Assembly (NCBI RefSeq): GCF_006345805.1
Contig: NC_043009.1
Span: 13,330,001-13,394,000 of the forward strand
Direction: 5' to 3'
Length of the DNA stretch: 64,000 nt
Source: Octopus sinensis
Lineage: Eukaryota
Shown here: piece by piece, positions 62,931 through 64,000 of the stretch
How the letters are laid out: each line of letters begins with the position of its first letter
How positions within the stretch are numbered: position 1 is the stretch's first letter
Notes under the pieces: generated by a model
Database searches by the model: none
What the model saw: the letters and a program-made list of their open reading frames with translations, nothing else
What the model was told of the DNA's origin: nothing
Made by a program: the position numbers and the translations under genes

Positions 62931-63570
62931 GTTGAAGAGCAATTATTCATATATCTTTGTATAATGACACATACAATAGAAGTTCATTGTATACATGTGA
63001 CTGTCATACCATTTCCAAAGACATTTCCAAGAATAACATCATTTCACTTGATATCAGACTCAGATTCGGTTAGATTTACTGCCACTCCAAGATATCCTCA
63101 TTTCACATCATATAATTTTAATAGTTCGGAATCCTAATTTATCAGACAGCTAAGACGAACATTGCGGCTAAAACGGTGATAACTGAATATCGTGTCCGCT
63201 TAAATCACACAGTTGAATAGTATTGTGTAATATGTATTACTGCATATCAGTAAAGTAAGCCTGAATGTTAGGCAAACACTGGAATATTTCATTTTAAATT
63301 TATGTCTCTGATTAACGAACAACAGACCTTGACAATATTTGATGTCATAACGGAGCGGTTATAATGATCGCTTCATAACCGATACACTCTGAGTTCGATG
63401 GAATGTCATGGAAATTTGAGAATGTATTTCACCCAGTGTTGTAAGAGAATTTGGATAGACAAAAACTGTGTGCAACTGTTAATCTATTGTCCTGTCTTGT
63501 TCAGTCGTTTTACACTCATTCAACGTAAGATATTAAGCTAACGTGACAAGTAAAGACGGTATTGATGGTA

Positions 63571-64000
63571 AGGCGGCGAGCTGGCAGAAACGTTAGCACG
63601 CCGGGCGAAATGCGTAGCCGTATTTCGTTTGCCGTTACGTTCTGAGTTCAACTTCCGCCGAGGTCGACTTTGCCTTTCATCCTTTCGGGGTCGATAAATT
63701 AAGTACCAGTTACGCACTGAGGTCGATGTAATCGACTTAATACCTATGTCTGTCCTTGTTTGTCCCTTCTGTGTTTAGCCCCTTGTGGGTAGTAAAGAAA
63801 TAGGTATTGATGGTAAGGCGGCGAGCTGGCAGAAACGTTAGCACGCCGGGCGAAATGCGTAGCCGTATTTCGTCTGCCGTTACGTTGTGAGTTCAAATTC
63901 CGCCGAGGTCGACTTTGCCTTTCATTCTTTCGGGGTCGATAAATTAAGTACCAGTTACGCACTGGGGTCGATGTAATCGACTTAATCCTTTTGTCTGTCC
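63571..64000 (+). mobile_element. Two head-to-tail young SINE family A copies, the second cut by the window end
   Basis: AAGGCGGCGAGCTGGCAGAAACGTTAGC head with B-box GAGTTCAA(A/C)TTCC; the units are nearly identical and both are preceded by GGTATTGATGGT. Confidence 0.95.

Noticed and set aside
62587-62950. Poly-Glu, poly-Lys and poly-Leu ORFs (also at 43406, 48971 and 56120)
   Set aside because: Trinucleotide microsatellites open in several frames, with no flanking coding signal.

Overview
AT-rich, microsatellite-dense animal genomic DNA. The SINE families look like those I recall from Octopus, so a cephalopod source is likely (inference). I cannot recognise any host protein-coding exon, rRNA, true tRNA or CRISPR, and most tracked ORFs are microsatellite read-throughs. 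The window is a mosaic of transposable elements: two tRNA-derived SINE families, Tc1/mariner fossils, three MITEs (one Merlin-like with an 8-bp TSD), a non-autonomous Helitron, a Hero-like LINE remnant, four R4/Dong-like fragments and four Penelope-like remnants. The most notable structures are: (1) a same-orientation array of an L1/Tx1-clade LINE at 29.8-39.8 kb, with one full-length copy (ORF1 plus APE-RT-CCHC ORF2) and every copy embedded in one (TATC)n microsatellite; (2) a ~1.8-kb ORF1-only, half-L1-like element in tandem at 10.9-14.0 kb, the second copy internally inverted; (3) a Penelope 3' region joining a tRNA-like Pol III promoter to a minimal hammerhead ribozyme motif at 27.2-27.35 kb; (4) a Penelope remnant whose inverted terminal repeats each carry a degenerate hammerhead, 16.5-20.0 kb; (5) a chain of R4/Dong-like modules separated by (TAA)n at 54.1-57.2 kb. 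Family assignments rest on motifs read by eye; no searches were run.
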